A stretch of DNA of 64,000 bases from Mobula hypostoma (GCF_963921235.1 NC_086107.1:106146001-106210000), one strand, 5' to 3'; counted from the first letter of the stretch, positions 1 to 13,746 are shown. A program made the numbers and translations. Notes: generated by a model from the sequence alone, not told the origin.

Positions 1-317
1 CTTCATTTCTTGACACTCTCACTCAGCAGACTGAAATAATCGAAACAAGTGTGGAAGACGATCGGGTGTTCAGTGCCATCTACCCTGCACATGGGGTGGG
101 GGGGGGGATGTTTTTCTTTGAATGGGTTCTATGGTTTTCTTTGTTTTGAGGCTGTCTGCGAAAAGAAGAATCTCAGGGTTGTATACTGCATGCATACTTT
201 GATAATAAATGTATTTTGCATCTTTGTATCTTTTACGATTTCAACAGTTACTTCTTATCAATGGAATAGGCTTTTATCTCTGGCTTGAGTATGAGATAAC
301 AGTGACTTCTTTTTCCT

Positions 318-1013
318 GCAACACACATCAAGGTTGCTGGTGAACGCAGCAGGCCAGGCAGCATCTCTAGGAAGAGGTACAGTCGACGTTTCAGGCTGAG
401 ACCCTTCGTCAGGGCTAACTGAAGGAAGAGCTAGTAAGAGATTTGAAAGTGGGAGGGGGGGAGATCCAAAATGATAGGAGAAGACAGGAGGGGGAGGGAT
501 GGAGCCAAGAGCTGGACAGGTGATTGGCAAAAGGGATACGAGAAGATCATGGGACAGGAGGCCCAGGGAGAAGGGGGGGGGAAGCCCAGAGGATGGGCAA
601 GGGGTACAGTCAGAGAGACAGAGGGAGAAAAAGGAGAGAGAGAGAAAGAATGTGTGTATATAAATAAATAACGGATGGGGTACGAGGGGGAGGTGGAGCA
701 TTAGCGGAAGTTAGAGAATTCTCCCTGGGCCTCCTGTCCCATGATCCTCTCGTGTCCCTTTTGCCAATCACCTGTCCAGCTCTTGGCTCCATCCCTCCCC
801 CTCCTGTCTTCTCCTATCATTTTGGATCTCCCCCTCCCCCTCCCACTTTCAAATCTCTTACTCACTCTTCCTTCAGTTAGCCCTGACGAAGAGTCTCAGC
901 CCGAAGCATCGACTGTACCTCTTCCTAGAGATGCTGCCTGGCCTGCTGCGTTCACCAGCAACTTTGATGAGTGTTGCTTGAATTTCCAGCATCTGCAGAT
1001 TTCCTCGTGTTTG
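318..1013. mobile_element. Penelope-like element remnant: two terminal repeats fused head-to-head, with hammerhead motifs and a 12-bp TSD
   Basis: 318-718 is a minus copy and 719-1013 a plus copy of the sequence following the GIY-YIG ORF at 17094-17426. CTTCTTTTTCCT flanks both sides (306-317 and 1014-1025). Confidence 0.85.
381..416 (-). ncRNA. Minimal hammerhead ribozyme motif
   Basis: Reverse complement reads AGCC-CTGACGA-AGGgtctcagCCT-GAAA-CGTC-GACT; one mismatch in stem I. Confidence 0.7.
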
Positions 1014-2634
1014 CTTCTTTTTCCTCTTCTTTTCTTTGTTCTTTGTTCTTATAACACCTAATAAAATGGCCGTAACCACTAAGTTTTATGTTTCATTCCA
1101 AACTTCCAAAGAACCTCTGGATCAATATCACCAGATCCAACAGCCTAGAGAAGTTCCAGTGACTACAGTAATGGAACTAAGTTGACCAGAACCTGTAATC
1201 CTAATTTAATTACAAAGTTCAAGGTAAATTTATTATCAAGGTGCATACATGTCCTCACATACAACCACGAGATTAATTTTCATAACCATTATATAATCAG
1301 TGAAAGATCACACCAACTTGGGTTTTGCCAATGTGCAAAAGGCAAAAGATTTTGGTGAGGCCAAATTTAGTTCTGGTCTCCGACCAACAAGAAATTTGAC
1401 CGAAGCTGGAAAGCCAAAGCAACGTACACAAAGTGCAGGAGGACCTCAGCAGGTCAGGCAGCATCTGTGGAAGCGAACAAACAGTCAACGTTTCGGGTCG
1501 AGACCCCTCTTCAGGGCTGGAGAGGAAAGGAGAGAAGATACCAGAAAAAAAAGGAGGAGAGCTAGAATGTGATAGGTGAACCCAGGTGGGTGAGAAAGGT
1601 AAGAGGCTGGAGAGGATGGAATCTGAGAGGAGAGGAGAGTGGACCATAGGAGAACGGGAAGGAGGACGGGCATCGGGGGAGATGATAAGCAGATGAGAAA
1701 AAGTAAGAGGCCAGAGTGGGAAATTGAAGAAGAGAGGAGGGGGAGGGAAATGTTTTATCAATAAGCCTGAAAGAGTGCAGAGAATATTGACAGGGATGTC
1801 GCTGGTATGAGTCCTGAGTTACAGGAAGAGGTTGAATAGGTTTGGACTTGATTCCCTGGAGCGCATGAGAATGAGGGGAGTTCGTAAAGAGGAACACAAA
1901 CTTATGAGGGGTACAAACAGGGTGAATGCATACAGGCTCCTCCCCCTGAGGTTGGGAGAAACTAGAGCTAGGAGTATTTAAGAGGAATCTGAGGGCGAGC
2001 TGCATCACTCACTGCATGGTGCTAGTGTGGAACAAGCTGCCCGCAGAACTGGCAGGTGCAGGTTTGACTGGAACAGTTAAGAGAAGTGTCGGAGATATAT
2101 TGATCAGAAAGGGACGGAGGGCTATTGTCCAGGTGCAGGTGTATGGGAACGGGCAGAGAACCAGGCCGGCATGAGCGGAAGGGCCTGTTTTGTTTCTGTA
2201 ATGCTCCGCCACTGCATGAGTCTAGGGCACCACTGTAACCATTAGCTACTCAGATAAAAGTGGATATACCACTTCAAGCTGAAAATTAAAACTAAATTTT
2301 CTTTGTGGTTGAGCAGAGAGAGAGGCTCTAAGTACAGTAATGGCCTGAAAAGTGATTTCTTTGTAGCCTTTTATTTCAATCTCCATGGTTAAATGGGTGT
2401 TTTTCAAAACAAGACAAAGATTAATACCACAGTCAGCTCTAGTTTCTATTTTACAAAGAGCCCTAGAAGCAAATTAGAAAGTGAAAATTGGGTTTACAGG
2501 AATTACTTCAGTTTATAATCAGAATCAGGTTTAATATCACTGGCATATCAAATTTGTTAACTTAGTGGCAGCCGTACAATGCAATACACGATAAATACAA
2601 AGCGAAAGCAGTAGAATGGACTAGCTTGGCTGAA

Positions 2635-3400
2635 TAGAACATAGAACATAGAAATCTACAGCACATTGAAGGCCCTTCAGCCCACAATGTCGTGCTGACC
2701 ATGTAACCTAATCTAGAATCTGCCTAAAATTTCCCCACTGTATAGCCCACTATTTTTTTAAGCTCCATGTACCTAACTAAGACTCTCGTTAAAGACTCTA
2801 CTGTATCTGCTTCCACCACTGTCACTGGCAGTGCATTCCACGCACCCACCACTCTCTGCGTAAAACACCTATCTCTGCAATCTCCTCTGTACCTGCTTCC
2901 AAGCACCCTAAACCTATGCCCCCTGGTATTAACCATTTCAGCCCTGGGAAAAAGCCTCTGACTATCCACAAATCAATGCCTCTCATCATCTTATACACCT
3001 CTATCAGGTCACCTCTCATCCCTCCATGACTCCAAGGAGAAAAGGCCAAGTTAACTCAATCTATTCTCATAAGGCATGCTCCCCAATCCCGGCAATATCC
3101 TTGTAAATCTCCTCTGCGCTCTCTCTATAGTATCCACATCCTTCCTGTAGTGAGGTGACCAGAACTGAACACAGTACTCCAAGTGGGGTCTGACCAAGGT
3201 CTTATATAGCTGTAACATTACTTCACGTCTCTCGAACTCAATCCCACAGTTGATGAAGGCCGTCACACCAAATGACTTCTTAACAACACTGTCAACCTGC
3301 GCAGCAGCTTTGAGTGTCCTTTGGGCGTGAACCCCAGCATCTCGCTGATCCTCCACACTGCCAGGAGTCTCACCATTAATATTATATTCTGTCTTCAAAT
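2635..3400 (-). mobile_element. Degenerate CR1 LINE 3' fragment
   Basis: LYKTLVRPHLEYCVQFWSPHYRKD motif and CR1 tail. Confidence 0.88.
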
Positions 3401-4812
3401 TTGAACAGTTTTATTCTATCTGTACACTCAGTGGCCATTTCATTAAGGACCTCCTGCCTCTGGGTGAGTGTTCATGGTCGTCTGCTGCTGTAGCCCGTCC
3501 ACTTCAAGGGTCAATGTGTTGTGGGTTCAGAGACGCTCTTCTGCTCACCACTGTTGTAACGTGTGGTTATGTGAGTTGCTGTCGCCGTCCAGTCAGCTTG
3601 AACCGGTCTGGCCGTTCTCCTCCGACCTCTCTCATAAACAGGGTGTTTTCACCCTCAGAAATCCCGCTCACTGTTTTTTTTTGTTTTTCACACCACTCCC
3701 TGTAAACTCTAGTGTTTCAGCAGTTTCTGAGATACTCAAACCATCCCGTCCGGTTAAAGTCACTTCGATCACATTTGTTCCTCATTCTGAGCAACAACTG
3801 AACCTCTTGACCGTGTCCGCATGCTTTTATGCATTGAGTTGCTGCCACGTGATTGGCTGATTAGATATTTGCATTACTAAGCATGTGCGCGGAGCTGTGG
3901 ATCACACAAATATTGCCTGCGTTCAGCGGATGCAGCAAAGAGAGATTGGAAAAATATTTCAAAAGGACAGTTGAAAGTAATGAAGGCTTTTCTCTCTGGA
4001 GTTATTGAATCTGTTTCTGCAGCAAAGAAGATCGGTACCCAGATGGAGCAAATCTCTGGTCATCAGCAATGCAGAAACAAAAGCAAATGTTTCTCTTAAC
4101 AAGTTGAAAAAAAAATAAAAACCTGCAGTAATCAGAAACCTGAAATAAAAGCAGGGAATACCGGAGAGAGCTGTCAAAGTAGGCAGGTTTGTAACTGCAA
4201 GGACTGACGATCAGTACTGACCTTCAGCACTGCCTGAATGGAGCGTGTACACTCTCCCATAACCGTGGGGGTCACCTCAAGTTGTCCGAGTTAACGTCGC
4301 AGAGGTTAATTGGCTACTGTGTATTCCCCTTTGATATGGGTAAATAGCAAAGCATTCAGAAAGGAATTGACGTGGAATTAAAATCTTCTTTCAGTTAGTC
4401 CTGACAAAGGGTCTCGGCCTGAAACATCGACTGTACCTCTTCCTAGAGATGCTGCTTGGCCTACTGCGTTCACCAGCAACTTTGATGTGTGTTGCTTGAG
4501 ATAGGACTGATGAGTTTCTTCTAATTGAAGCCAGCATTTGAAGTGAGGGAGAGAAACAGTATTAATACTTCAGATCTAATAACAGGTCATCAACTACAAC
4601 CATTACATAGCTCTCCCTCTCCCTCCCCCTCTCTCTCCCCCCTCCCTCTCCCTCACCCTCAACTTCTCCCTCTCCCTCTCCCTCCTAGGTTCAGACGGAA
4701 TTCGATGAACTCGATGGGAGACCCTGGGGCAAGTATACTGAGGCATGGGACGTTAAGAGAGTTTATGTGGGATTGGGCACAATGAGCTGAATTCTAAACA
4801 AGAACTTAAACG

Positions 4813-6003
4813 GACAGTACTAAGGGAGTGTCTCACTGTCGGAGGGACAGTACTGAGGGAGTGTCTCACTGTCAGAGGGACGGTACTGAGGGAGTGTCTC
4901 ACTGTCAGAGGGACGGTACTGAGGGAGTGTCTCACTGTCGGAGGGACAGTACTGAGGGAGTGTCTCACTGTCAGAGGGACGGTACTGAGGTAGTGTCTCA
5001 CTGTCGGAGGGACGGTACTGAGGGAGTGTCTCACTGTCAGAGGGACAGTACCAAGGGAGTGCCTCACTGTCAGAGGGACAGTACTGAGGGAGTGTCACAC
5101 TGTCAGAGGGACAGTACTGAGGTAGTGTCTCACTGTCAGAGGGACGGTACTGAGGGAGTGTCACACTGTCAGAGGGACGGTACTGAGGTAGTGTCTCACT
5201 GTCAGAGGGACGGTACTGAGGGAGTGTCACACTGTCGGAGGGACGGTACCGAGGGAGCATCACACTGTCGGAGGGACGGTACTGAGGGAGTGTCTCACTG
5301 TCGGAGGGACGGTACTGAGGGAGTGTCTCACTGTCAGAGGGACGGTACTGAGGGAGTGTCACACTGTCAGAGGGACGGTACTGAGGGAGTGTCTCACTGT
5401 CAGAGGGACGGTACTGAGGGAGTGTCACACTCAGAGGGACAGTACTGAGGGAGTGTCTCACTGTCGGAGGGACAGTACCAAGGGAGTGCCTCACTGTCAG
5501 AGGGACAGTACTGAGGGAGTGTCACACTGTCGGAGGGATGGTACTGAGGGAGTGTCACACTGTCGGAGAGACGGTACTGAGGGAGTGTCTCACTGTCGGA
5601 GGGACGGTACCGAGGGAGTGTCTCACTGTCGGAGGGACAGTACTGAGGGAGTGTCACACTGTCAGAGGGACGGTACTGAGGGAGTGTCACACTGTCGGAG
5701 GGATGGTACTGAGGGAGTGTCTCACTGTCGGAGGGACGGTACTGAGGGAGTGTCACACTGTCAGAGGGACGGTACTGAGGGAGTGTCACACTGTGGGAGA
5801 GACGGTACTGAGGGAGTGTCGCACTGTCGGAGAGACGGTACCGAGGGAGTGTCTCACTGTCGGAGGGACGGTACCGAGGGAGTGTCACACTGTCAGAGGG
5901 ACAGTACCGAGGGAGTGCCTCACTGTCGGAGGGACAGTACCGAGGGAGTGCCTCACTGTGGGAGGGACGGTACTGAGGGAGCGTCGCACTGTCAGAGGGA
6001 CAG
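4813..6003. repeat. 33-bp minisatellite, about 36 units
   Basis: Unit GTACTGAGGGAGTGTCTCACTGTCGGAGGGACG/A read directly; 11-residue periodicity in the ORF track. Confidence 0.97.
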
Positions 6004-6294
6004 AGAAATTGCTTTTAAGAAGTTGAACACCAAATTGATAGATTTCTTTTCTGAACAAGTTTGTTATGTTCAGAAACATAATGGCCCAGCAAGAGAGATA
6101 AAAAAGATTTAGAAGATCTTGAGAAATGGTAACATTAAAAAAAATCCGGCAAATCCAGATAAAGGACACAGATGTACAGTAGTACCAACACTGAAGAGAG
6201 AGGCAAGAGAAGAACAGTTTATTTGGATACAATCTACCTTCCTAGTAAAACGACACCGGGGAAATTCTTGCTCCAATAGTCTATAGATGAATAA

Positions 6295-6830
6295 GCGCAA
6301 CACACACAAAATGCTGGAGGAACTCTGTAGGCCAGGCAGCATCTATGGAAAAGAGTAAACAGTCGACATTTCGGGCTGAGATCCTTCGTCAGGACTGGAA
6401 AGGAAGGAAGGAGATGCCCAGTTTGCGGGGCAGGGGGGTTAGAAATGAAAAAATCCAGAGAGCCAGGGTGGAGTGTCTAAAGAGAGGAGGAGGGGTGAAC
6501 ATGGGAGAAGGGGTCATCAGCGCGGGACGTGGACTCCTTGTCAAAGAAGTGGGCTCGGAGACAGCGGCAACTGAAGAAAACCTCGACATTGTGGCGGGCG
6601 CGGAACTCACTGAGGTGCGGGCACAGGAGGACAAAGGTGAAGCCCTCGCTGAGGACAGATCTTTCTGCCTCAGAGAGGAAAGGTTCGAGGAAGTAGTGAA
6701 GACCTGGCATGGAAGGGAGCTGGGATCAGAAGGGGGAAAATTGCTGGTGGTGTCAGAGGGGAGAGGAGGGTTGAGGTGTTCAGGGAAGGTGGGGTGGGAG
6801 GGAAATGGATGCTCTGAGGACCCAAGATGA
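6295..6830 (-). mobile_element. Penelope-like fragment (N-terminal ORF piece plus terminal repeat)
   Basis: Peptide LSEAERSVLSEGFTFV..PHLSEFRARHNVEVFF..LRAHFF..DDPF resembles the Penelope ORF region upstream of RT (from recall); adjacent to the hammerhead-bearing repeat. Confidence 0.65.
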
Positions 6831-9285
6831 GTAAAATTCCAAATAATATTCAGATATTTGAACAGCTTGTAATCCATCACCATTTGGAAATATTTTTTTC
6901 TATGGTTGTTACAAACAAAGATAAAGTCATAATTGATGCAAGACCTACATTCAATTCAATTCAACTCAAGTTTAATTGTCATTCAACCATTACTCATGAA
7001 CACAGTCAAACGAGACAGCTTTACTCCAGGGCCAATGTACAAAATGCAGTACCAACAGTCACACACAGCACAAAGCACACGTAACACATATCAGGTAGAA
7101 AGACACAGCCACTCAATAAAAGAGACCAAACACAAACTATCCAACGCCCCAGAAATCTGAAAAAATTGCGTGAAATGTGATTCTTAAAGCTCCTTCTCAG
7201 ACCGACAGGCAAAGATAGAACCTTCTGCATAAACATACTTGAAGTTGTTCGTGAGCATTTTTAAAGAGATTCCATTGAGTTTCTGCTGACAGATTGGAAG
7301 TTTTGACATTTCAGGATTCTTCACCTTGATTCAGTGTCTTGGATTCTCCGCTGCATTGGAGAGTTGAAGTGTCGTCTCATCTTAATCTCTAGTCTAATGA
7401 GGCTCAGCAACAGGAATGTGCCAATAAAACTTCATTTCTATAGCAACGGCCTTCCACTTTGCTTCACAGAAGTGCGACCAGGCAAAAAGAATTGACCCTG
7501 AGCCATGTGCAAAGATGTGAAGGCAGGTGACTAATCGTCCATTGAACTGTGAAGAGGAATTTTGAAGAGGTGGATTGTTTAAATCTGGGAGATGGTAAGA
7601 GGGCAGAGTCAGACAGGCAAACTGATGGAGTGGGTTACAAGGGGTGGAGGAGTTTAGGGAGATGGGGAGAGGTGCATCCACAGAGGGACCTTAAAACTAG
7701 CTTGAGTTTTCAAAGTTCAAAATACATTTATTCTCAAAGTATCTATGCACTACACAACCCTGAGATTTGTCGTCCCACAGACAGCCACGAAACAAAGAAA
7801 ACCATGGAAACCTGTTCAAAGAAAAACGTCAACCCCTCCCCCACCCCCAGCATGCAGAAAAAGAACAAATCGCGCAAATGGCAAAAAAAAATGAGGGAGA
7901 AACACAGAATATAAAACATTAAGCCACAAACAGCCCAGGAATGTTCAGTTTCAGCTCAGTTCAGTTCGATCCAGCGCTGTGTTGTTCATCCACTGCAGGC
8001 CGCAGAGCCTGTCCACCCCAATCAAAATAGCAACAAAAAAGAAGCAACCAAAAACTGGAAACACATCATAACGTGAACTACAGAGTCCAATCCGCAAACC
8101 TCATCCATTAAACCTTGCCCAAGATACAGGACTCCAGCACCGTCCTCTGGTAACAATGAGTGAGAGGGAGAGAGAGAGACACTGGTCGAATGCAGGCACC
8201 TTCCTCCAGGAGAATGAGAGAGAGAGAGAGAGAGAGAGCAGGCAAGCGATACTGAACACCCACTCGCCCTCTGCTCTCGTCCTCGCTGAGTTCAATCTTC
8301 CCTGAAGCTTTCGTCAGCGAGAGCGGTGAGAAGTGAAGTCGATCACGGACTTGCGCCCAGTCTCCAGGCCGCACATTTTGCTCGAAGCCTCACCAGACCT
8401 CCCTCGGAGACAGCAAAGCACCAAATTGCTCAACTGGCCTGAAAACACACCGTCAAACTGTAGAGCACAGGCTCCAATCGTAGCAGAATCGTATCTGAAT
8501 GAAGAAGAAACAAAGTAAAAGAAACAACCTTGTGAACCCTCTGAAGAATGCCGCCTTTCCCGCTGGTGTCACCTTCTCCGGGAGCAGGAGGTATCTTTGA
8601 ATCAGAAGATTAGCTTTATTTGTCACATGTACATCGAAACATACAGTGAAATGAGTTGTTTGCATCAATGACAAACATATTTCGATAATGGCCAGGGACA
8701 GCCCACAAGTGCAGCCGCACTTCCAGCAGTGACATTACATGCCCGCATCTTACTAACCCATCCCGTGTACCTTGGGAATGTGGGAGAAACCCGTCTCCTT
8801 ACAGACACCGGTGGGAATTGAACCCCTGTCACCTGCAGTGTAAAACCTCACGCTAACCGTTGCAGGACTGTTCCACCCCAAGGCTTTGCTTAAACCAACA
8901 GGCAAAAGGGTAATGATTGAACAGGAACAGTGCAGCAGTGCTGGAGTTAAAAAAAGTGTCTTCTGAGACTGAAAATAGCTTGGAGGAATTAGGAAATGAG
9001 GAAGGAAGTTGTGTGCCAGCCTGCTCTCCTTCCTAGACCCAAAGATGCACAGAGCAGTCATTCCTATCATCATGGAGAATAGGATGAAAGAATCTGATGG
9101 TTAAGAATCAATTGAACCATTTATTAAAGGAGAGAATGACTGAACTTGCATTAGTCTGAGGGCTCCGTCGGTTGGAGTCGACCATGAATATTGTGTCCTA
9201 GCTGTGTAGATACACAAGCCTGGGCAGTATGATATGGAGAGCAAGCTGTTGCCCTTGTAGCAAGCTCCCCCTGTCCGCACATCTG

Positions 9286-9801
9286 CAGACATCCCACCCT
9301 GCAAAAACTCATTTCAGGGAGGTAGCACCATCAATTTGCGGGAGACTCCCGGAACTTCCGGGAGAGGCGGGATGTCTGCAATAGAGTAGCTCCTTAGCAG
9401 CCAGCCAGCTAGTTTAAATAACGTTAGCTATGCTAATAAACAAATGACACCTGTTAAACTCACCTCAACATGTCTTTTACAGTCTTAACCCACCATGGGC
9501 AATAGAAGAGTCACTGTTGCAAACAGTGCAGCGAGCAACACTGTCATTATTTTTGACCCCTATTAGGCAGGGGTACACTTTAGTGTAGTCTGGGGTGACG
9601 TACGTTTTATATTTTCTTTTTGGAACACTCTGCCATGGCGCACTCTCGCTCGCGCGCTCTCTCTCTCTCGTGGTCGTTCTCTCGCTCGCTCACTCTCAAA
9701 AAAATTGATTTCGGTGATATTGTATATAATTTGCGGGCATCAGGGAGCCACAATTAATATGCAGGAGACTCCCGGAACTTCCAGGAGAGGTGGGATGTCT
9801 G
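9286..9801. mobile_element. Non-autonomous DNA transposon (MITE) with 13-bp TIR and 6-bp TSD
   Basis: CAGACATCCCACC...GGTGGGATGTCTG; CATCTG at 9280-9285 and 9802-9807; interrupts an older interspersed repeat (9150-10170). Confidence 0.85.
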
Positions 9802-12800
9802 CATCTGATGAACTCAAAGGGACGGCAGAGATCGAAACAGTTTAGCACCAGTTTTGATAGTCAGTGTTGAACTCAACGAAGGACTGCCAAAGAGACTCCA
9901 GCCCCAGATTTTTCCCTCGGGGTTTACTCCCGAAGCCTTCCCCATGAATGGGTATAGCAACTAGACAATGGAGGTTTGAAGTCAGGGTTTTCCTTCTCCT
10001 AGATGAGCTGCCAACCACAGCTGATGAGTCCCATCTGCCCAAAACAGCCGGTTTTAAAGCACCAGTAACCTGCCTTTGCCCATTCTCCTGTCAGTAGAAA
10101 TGGTTCTGCCAGGCCTAGTAACAAAGCCACACGTGAAGGCCAGGAGCTGGCCCTGCCTGTCAGAGATTATCTGAGGCTACTTGCATTAGAAGCACCCTTC
10201 TTACTAGGCTGAAATGCTTTGCTGGACCTAATTGTCTCTCACACAGTTGCTGTGTTTGTGCACAGTAAGATCCCACAGATCAACATATTTCTGATGGGGA
10301 ACAGGGACTGGGCAGGAGTTTCTGCTTCGTTCAGCCTTGGAAGGCAGGCCTGATTCATATTTGCTGCCCTCTCCCAATTGCCTCAGCTAAAAACGGTTCA
10401 TTGGCTCAAAAAGGCCGTTCTCGAGTGAGTCGTGTGCCCCGTGAGTGTTTACAAGGATTCAGCCTCGCAGTTACTCCCACAGGCACTGGTCAAAGTCAAA
10501 GTAAGCTTATTATCAAAGTGCGTATATGTAACACTCCGGTTCCGTGAACTGTGTAAGTCTAGGGAAGGCACCCTCCGGCCCCGCCAAACGAGGGCAATTG
10601 AAGTGCACACCCCTCCGAATCCCCCGTTTGTGTGGATGCTACATACAATTAAAAGATTTAGCTTTATACGGAGGAATTTAAGGTGGGGGGTTATATGGGA
10701 GGCAGGTTTTAAGGGTCGGCACAACATTGTGGGCCGAAGGGCCTGTACTGTGCTGTACTATTCTATGTTCTATGTTCTACGTTCTATGTTTATGATTCTT
10801 AATTTGGCTAAAGGGTCTGTAAAGAAAAGGGCCCATTTTAAATGGAACAGTCTAACGTGCACCCCAAGTTGGAGCTCACAGTTTCCTGGCCCCACTCCAG
10901 GTTGACCCTCTGACCTCTCTCTCTTCTCCCCTCTCAAAAGTCCCAAGCCCAACCTTAGTGTCCCTTACCAAAGAATCCTCCCCTGAATCCGTTCATCCCA
11001 ACTGTATGGCACACATTTCTCCTATCTCTTATCTTCAACAGTAACCCAAGCAAGCAGCTTACACAGAGAACAGAAAAGCATAACAGAGAGAACAAATGAA
11101 CCATGTGAACCAGGGCATTACAGATATAAGCCTGGAATACATTTCCTTCCAGGCACTTACTGGAAAATACAACAGTGCCGGCTGATGGTGTAGGGGCATC
11201 CACATCGGTCTTCAAAGCAAATGATCCTGGGTTCGAATCCGGCCGGCTCCTTGCTCACTTTCTGTCCGTGCCTGATCTGAGCGCCAGGCTAGCAACCCGG
11301 CCTCATAAAAAAAAGTCAAAAATGCTAAAGATGCGACAAGGTTGCCACCCGACGCTCCACAAGGCGCAGAGAGGAATAGACACAACAAAGAAATACAATA
11401 GGTATTATGTAAAGCAAGAAATTACAGAGATCGACAAACAACCAATGTGTAAAAGAACACCAGTCGTACAGATAACAAAAAAGTAAATAAGTAAAACCTG
11501 AGTTGTCGACTCTTTGAAAGTAAGTGTAGAGCTCGGGGGGTTCTCAGCCTGCGGTCTGCAGACACTTCTGTTAATGGGGCCCATGGCATTAAAAAAAAGC
11601 TTTGGAACTCTTGGGGAGTTAGTCCTGATGAAGTGTTCTTGGCCCAAAACATCGACTGTTTATTCATTTCCATAGATGCTGCCTGACCCGCTGAGTTCCT
11701 CCAGCATTTTGTGTGTTCTGCTCTGGGTTTCATTGTGTTTGGGTGTCAGTTGTGTTGAGATGGGCCAAGTTATCTGTGCTGGTTCAGGAGCCTGATGGCT
11801 GACAGATAATAACTGTTCCTGAATATGGTGGTGTGGGACCCAAGGCTCCTGGACCTCCTGCCCGATGGTGGTAGTGTCATTGTGTGCACTCACAGCACCG
11901 GATCCAATCCTCGGCTTTGCCTATTGCCCATTGCCGGGGCTGGGGTCAAAGCGCTCGGCAGAGATGGCGCTCGGTGCTCGGTGTCGGAGAGCTGGTGGGA
12001 GGCTCGGAGTTTTTCGGACGGACTCGGAGTCGGACCGTGGTCGGAAGCTTCCAGGACGCTGCATCGGCAAGTTGGCGGCGCTGGAGGTTCACCGTCTGCG
12101 TGAGATGATGGGACTTTCGAGAGACTCTGAGACTTTTACCGTGCCCATGGTCTGTTCTTATCAAATTACGATATTGTTTTGCACTGTTGTAACTATATGT
12201 TATAATTATGTGGTTTTTGTTAGTTTTTAAGTCGGTTTGTCATGTGTCTCTGTGATATCATTCTGGAAAAACATTGTATCATTTCTTAATGCATGCATTA
12301 CTAAGTGACGATAAAAGAGGACTGCGTGTCCTCATAATCTAAAAAAATACAGAGGAACAGCAGGCTTTCTCAGTCACAGTGGTCATAGGCAGCGTCTCAA
12401 CTCAACTCACGATCCAACCCAGGAGCAGAGGAACGGCAGAAGGGACGAAACAAGAGGGTAGGCTTAGGAACGCCGACAGAGCCTCAGGAGGGACAACTGA
12501 GAGACCCCTTTAAATAATCACAGAATGCGGAAAACACGTGCCAGGCACAATTCGCTTGACAAGATTAAACCGAAAGGGCGAGTTAGGACAGCGGTTAGCA
12601 AATACGAGCGCTCGAGAAGCCTGGATCAATGTTCTACAGCAAGCCACAGAGGCCCGCAGGGCTCAGGACAGTAGTGAGAAGAGAGCACGGCCTGATTGAT
12701 GGAAGACCTCGAAGACGGATAGTGCTTCCTTGCGGCAGCGCTCCTTGCAAGTGTGCTCCATGAGAGCGAGCGGCTCTGCCTGTGATGATCCAGGCTCTAT

Positions 12801-13371
12801 TCATCAGTTTCTAGACTTTTCCTGCATTTATTTCTCAACCTTATGAACTGAATCTGTATTCTCTCACTGCCCTTGGTAGGATTGATCTCAATCTTCTGGC
12901 ACCGAAGCCTGTATCATAGCTACTGTTCCCGATGTATTGATAGAATCCTTGCACAGGCAGAACAGACACGAACAGCTATTTGAGGAAACGAACCCATACT
13001 GCAGTGTTGGACTCCCTCAACTGGGAGGGAAATTGCTCACTCAAACCCCGCAAGCCAGCCAAAATCCGGTTGTTGAAGGAATCATTCACGGGGCTTTGAG
13101 CTCTAAAACTTTCTGCTTCACTTTGATGGCCCAAGATCTTTGATGCAATCTGGCGGTGACTCACGTTTGCGAATTGGGGGTGAGATCCAAGCGGCGGAGA
13201 CCATCAGCCACAAATGTGCAGAACAGGAACTCAGTCACACTGCGACAAGCTGGATGCTGTTGTGCCATTCTATTTAAAGGGCTGTTCTTTCAGGTTCCCT
13301 TTGTGGTCAAATTTGTGACACAGATTGAAACAGGCTGAATCTGACCCAGCGTCAAAGTCCCAGGACAGGTC

Positions 13372-13746
13372 TGTTAAGGGCTAGGCTCCTCACATAGCAA
13401 ATAAGAACTGCAGCAACCAATCTTTGGACCCGAATGTGGATTGTAGGTTAAATTTAAAATGAAGCCCTAGAGCTGTGGACATCGGTTAATTAAAAATCAG
13501 ACAATGCTGATTAACGTTCATTTTGGGTGTCTGGAGTGTGGGTGCGAAGAAGGAGATGTGAGAATTATATGTAATTCAAAGCATTGTAGATACATTATAA
13601 CTATAGAATTGTCCTTTGATCTGTAGCATATAAAATGTCATGTAATATTGGGTCAAACAGGCCTCTTCTACCAAGAATGTTTCATTTTGTTGAATAAAAC
13701 ACTTCTGTATCCATTAGCTTCAGTGTCTCCCTGAAACTTTACAACA
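13372..13746 (+). mobile_element. Possible solo LTR
   Basis: TGTT...AACA termini, TATAAAA near 13629 and AATAAA near 13693; no TSD seen. Confidence 0.4.

Larger units (their letters stand above)
1346..6587. repeat. Left arm of a large inverted segmental duplication (partner 27901-33959)
   Basis: Collinear reverse-complement match that includes apparently non-TE stretches (2220-2515 vs 32760-33060; 3880-4370 vs 29810-30300). The paired chance ORFs 1562-2008 and 33267-33713 differ at 3 of 148 residues. Confidence 0.95.

Noticed and set aside
4813..6003. CRISPR-like periodicity
   Set aside because: Contiguous tandem units without unique spacers, eukaryotic context, no cas genes.
9804..9845. 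CTGATGA...GAAAC as a third hammerhead family
   Set aside because: No credible stems II or I, and the related copy at 54790-54825 (minus) lacks both boxes.
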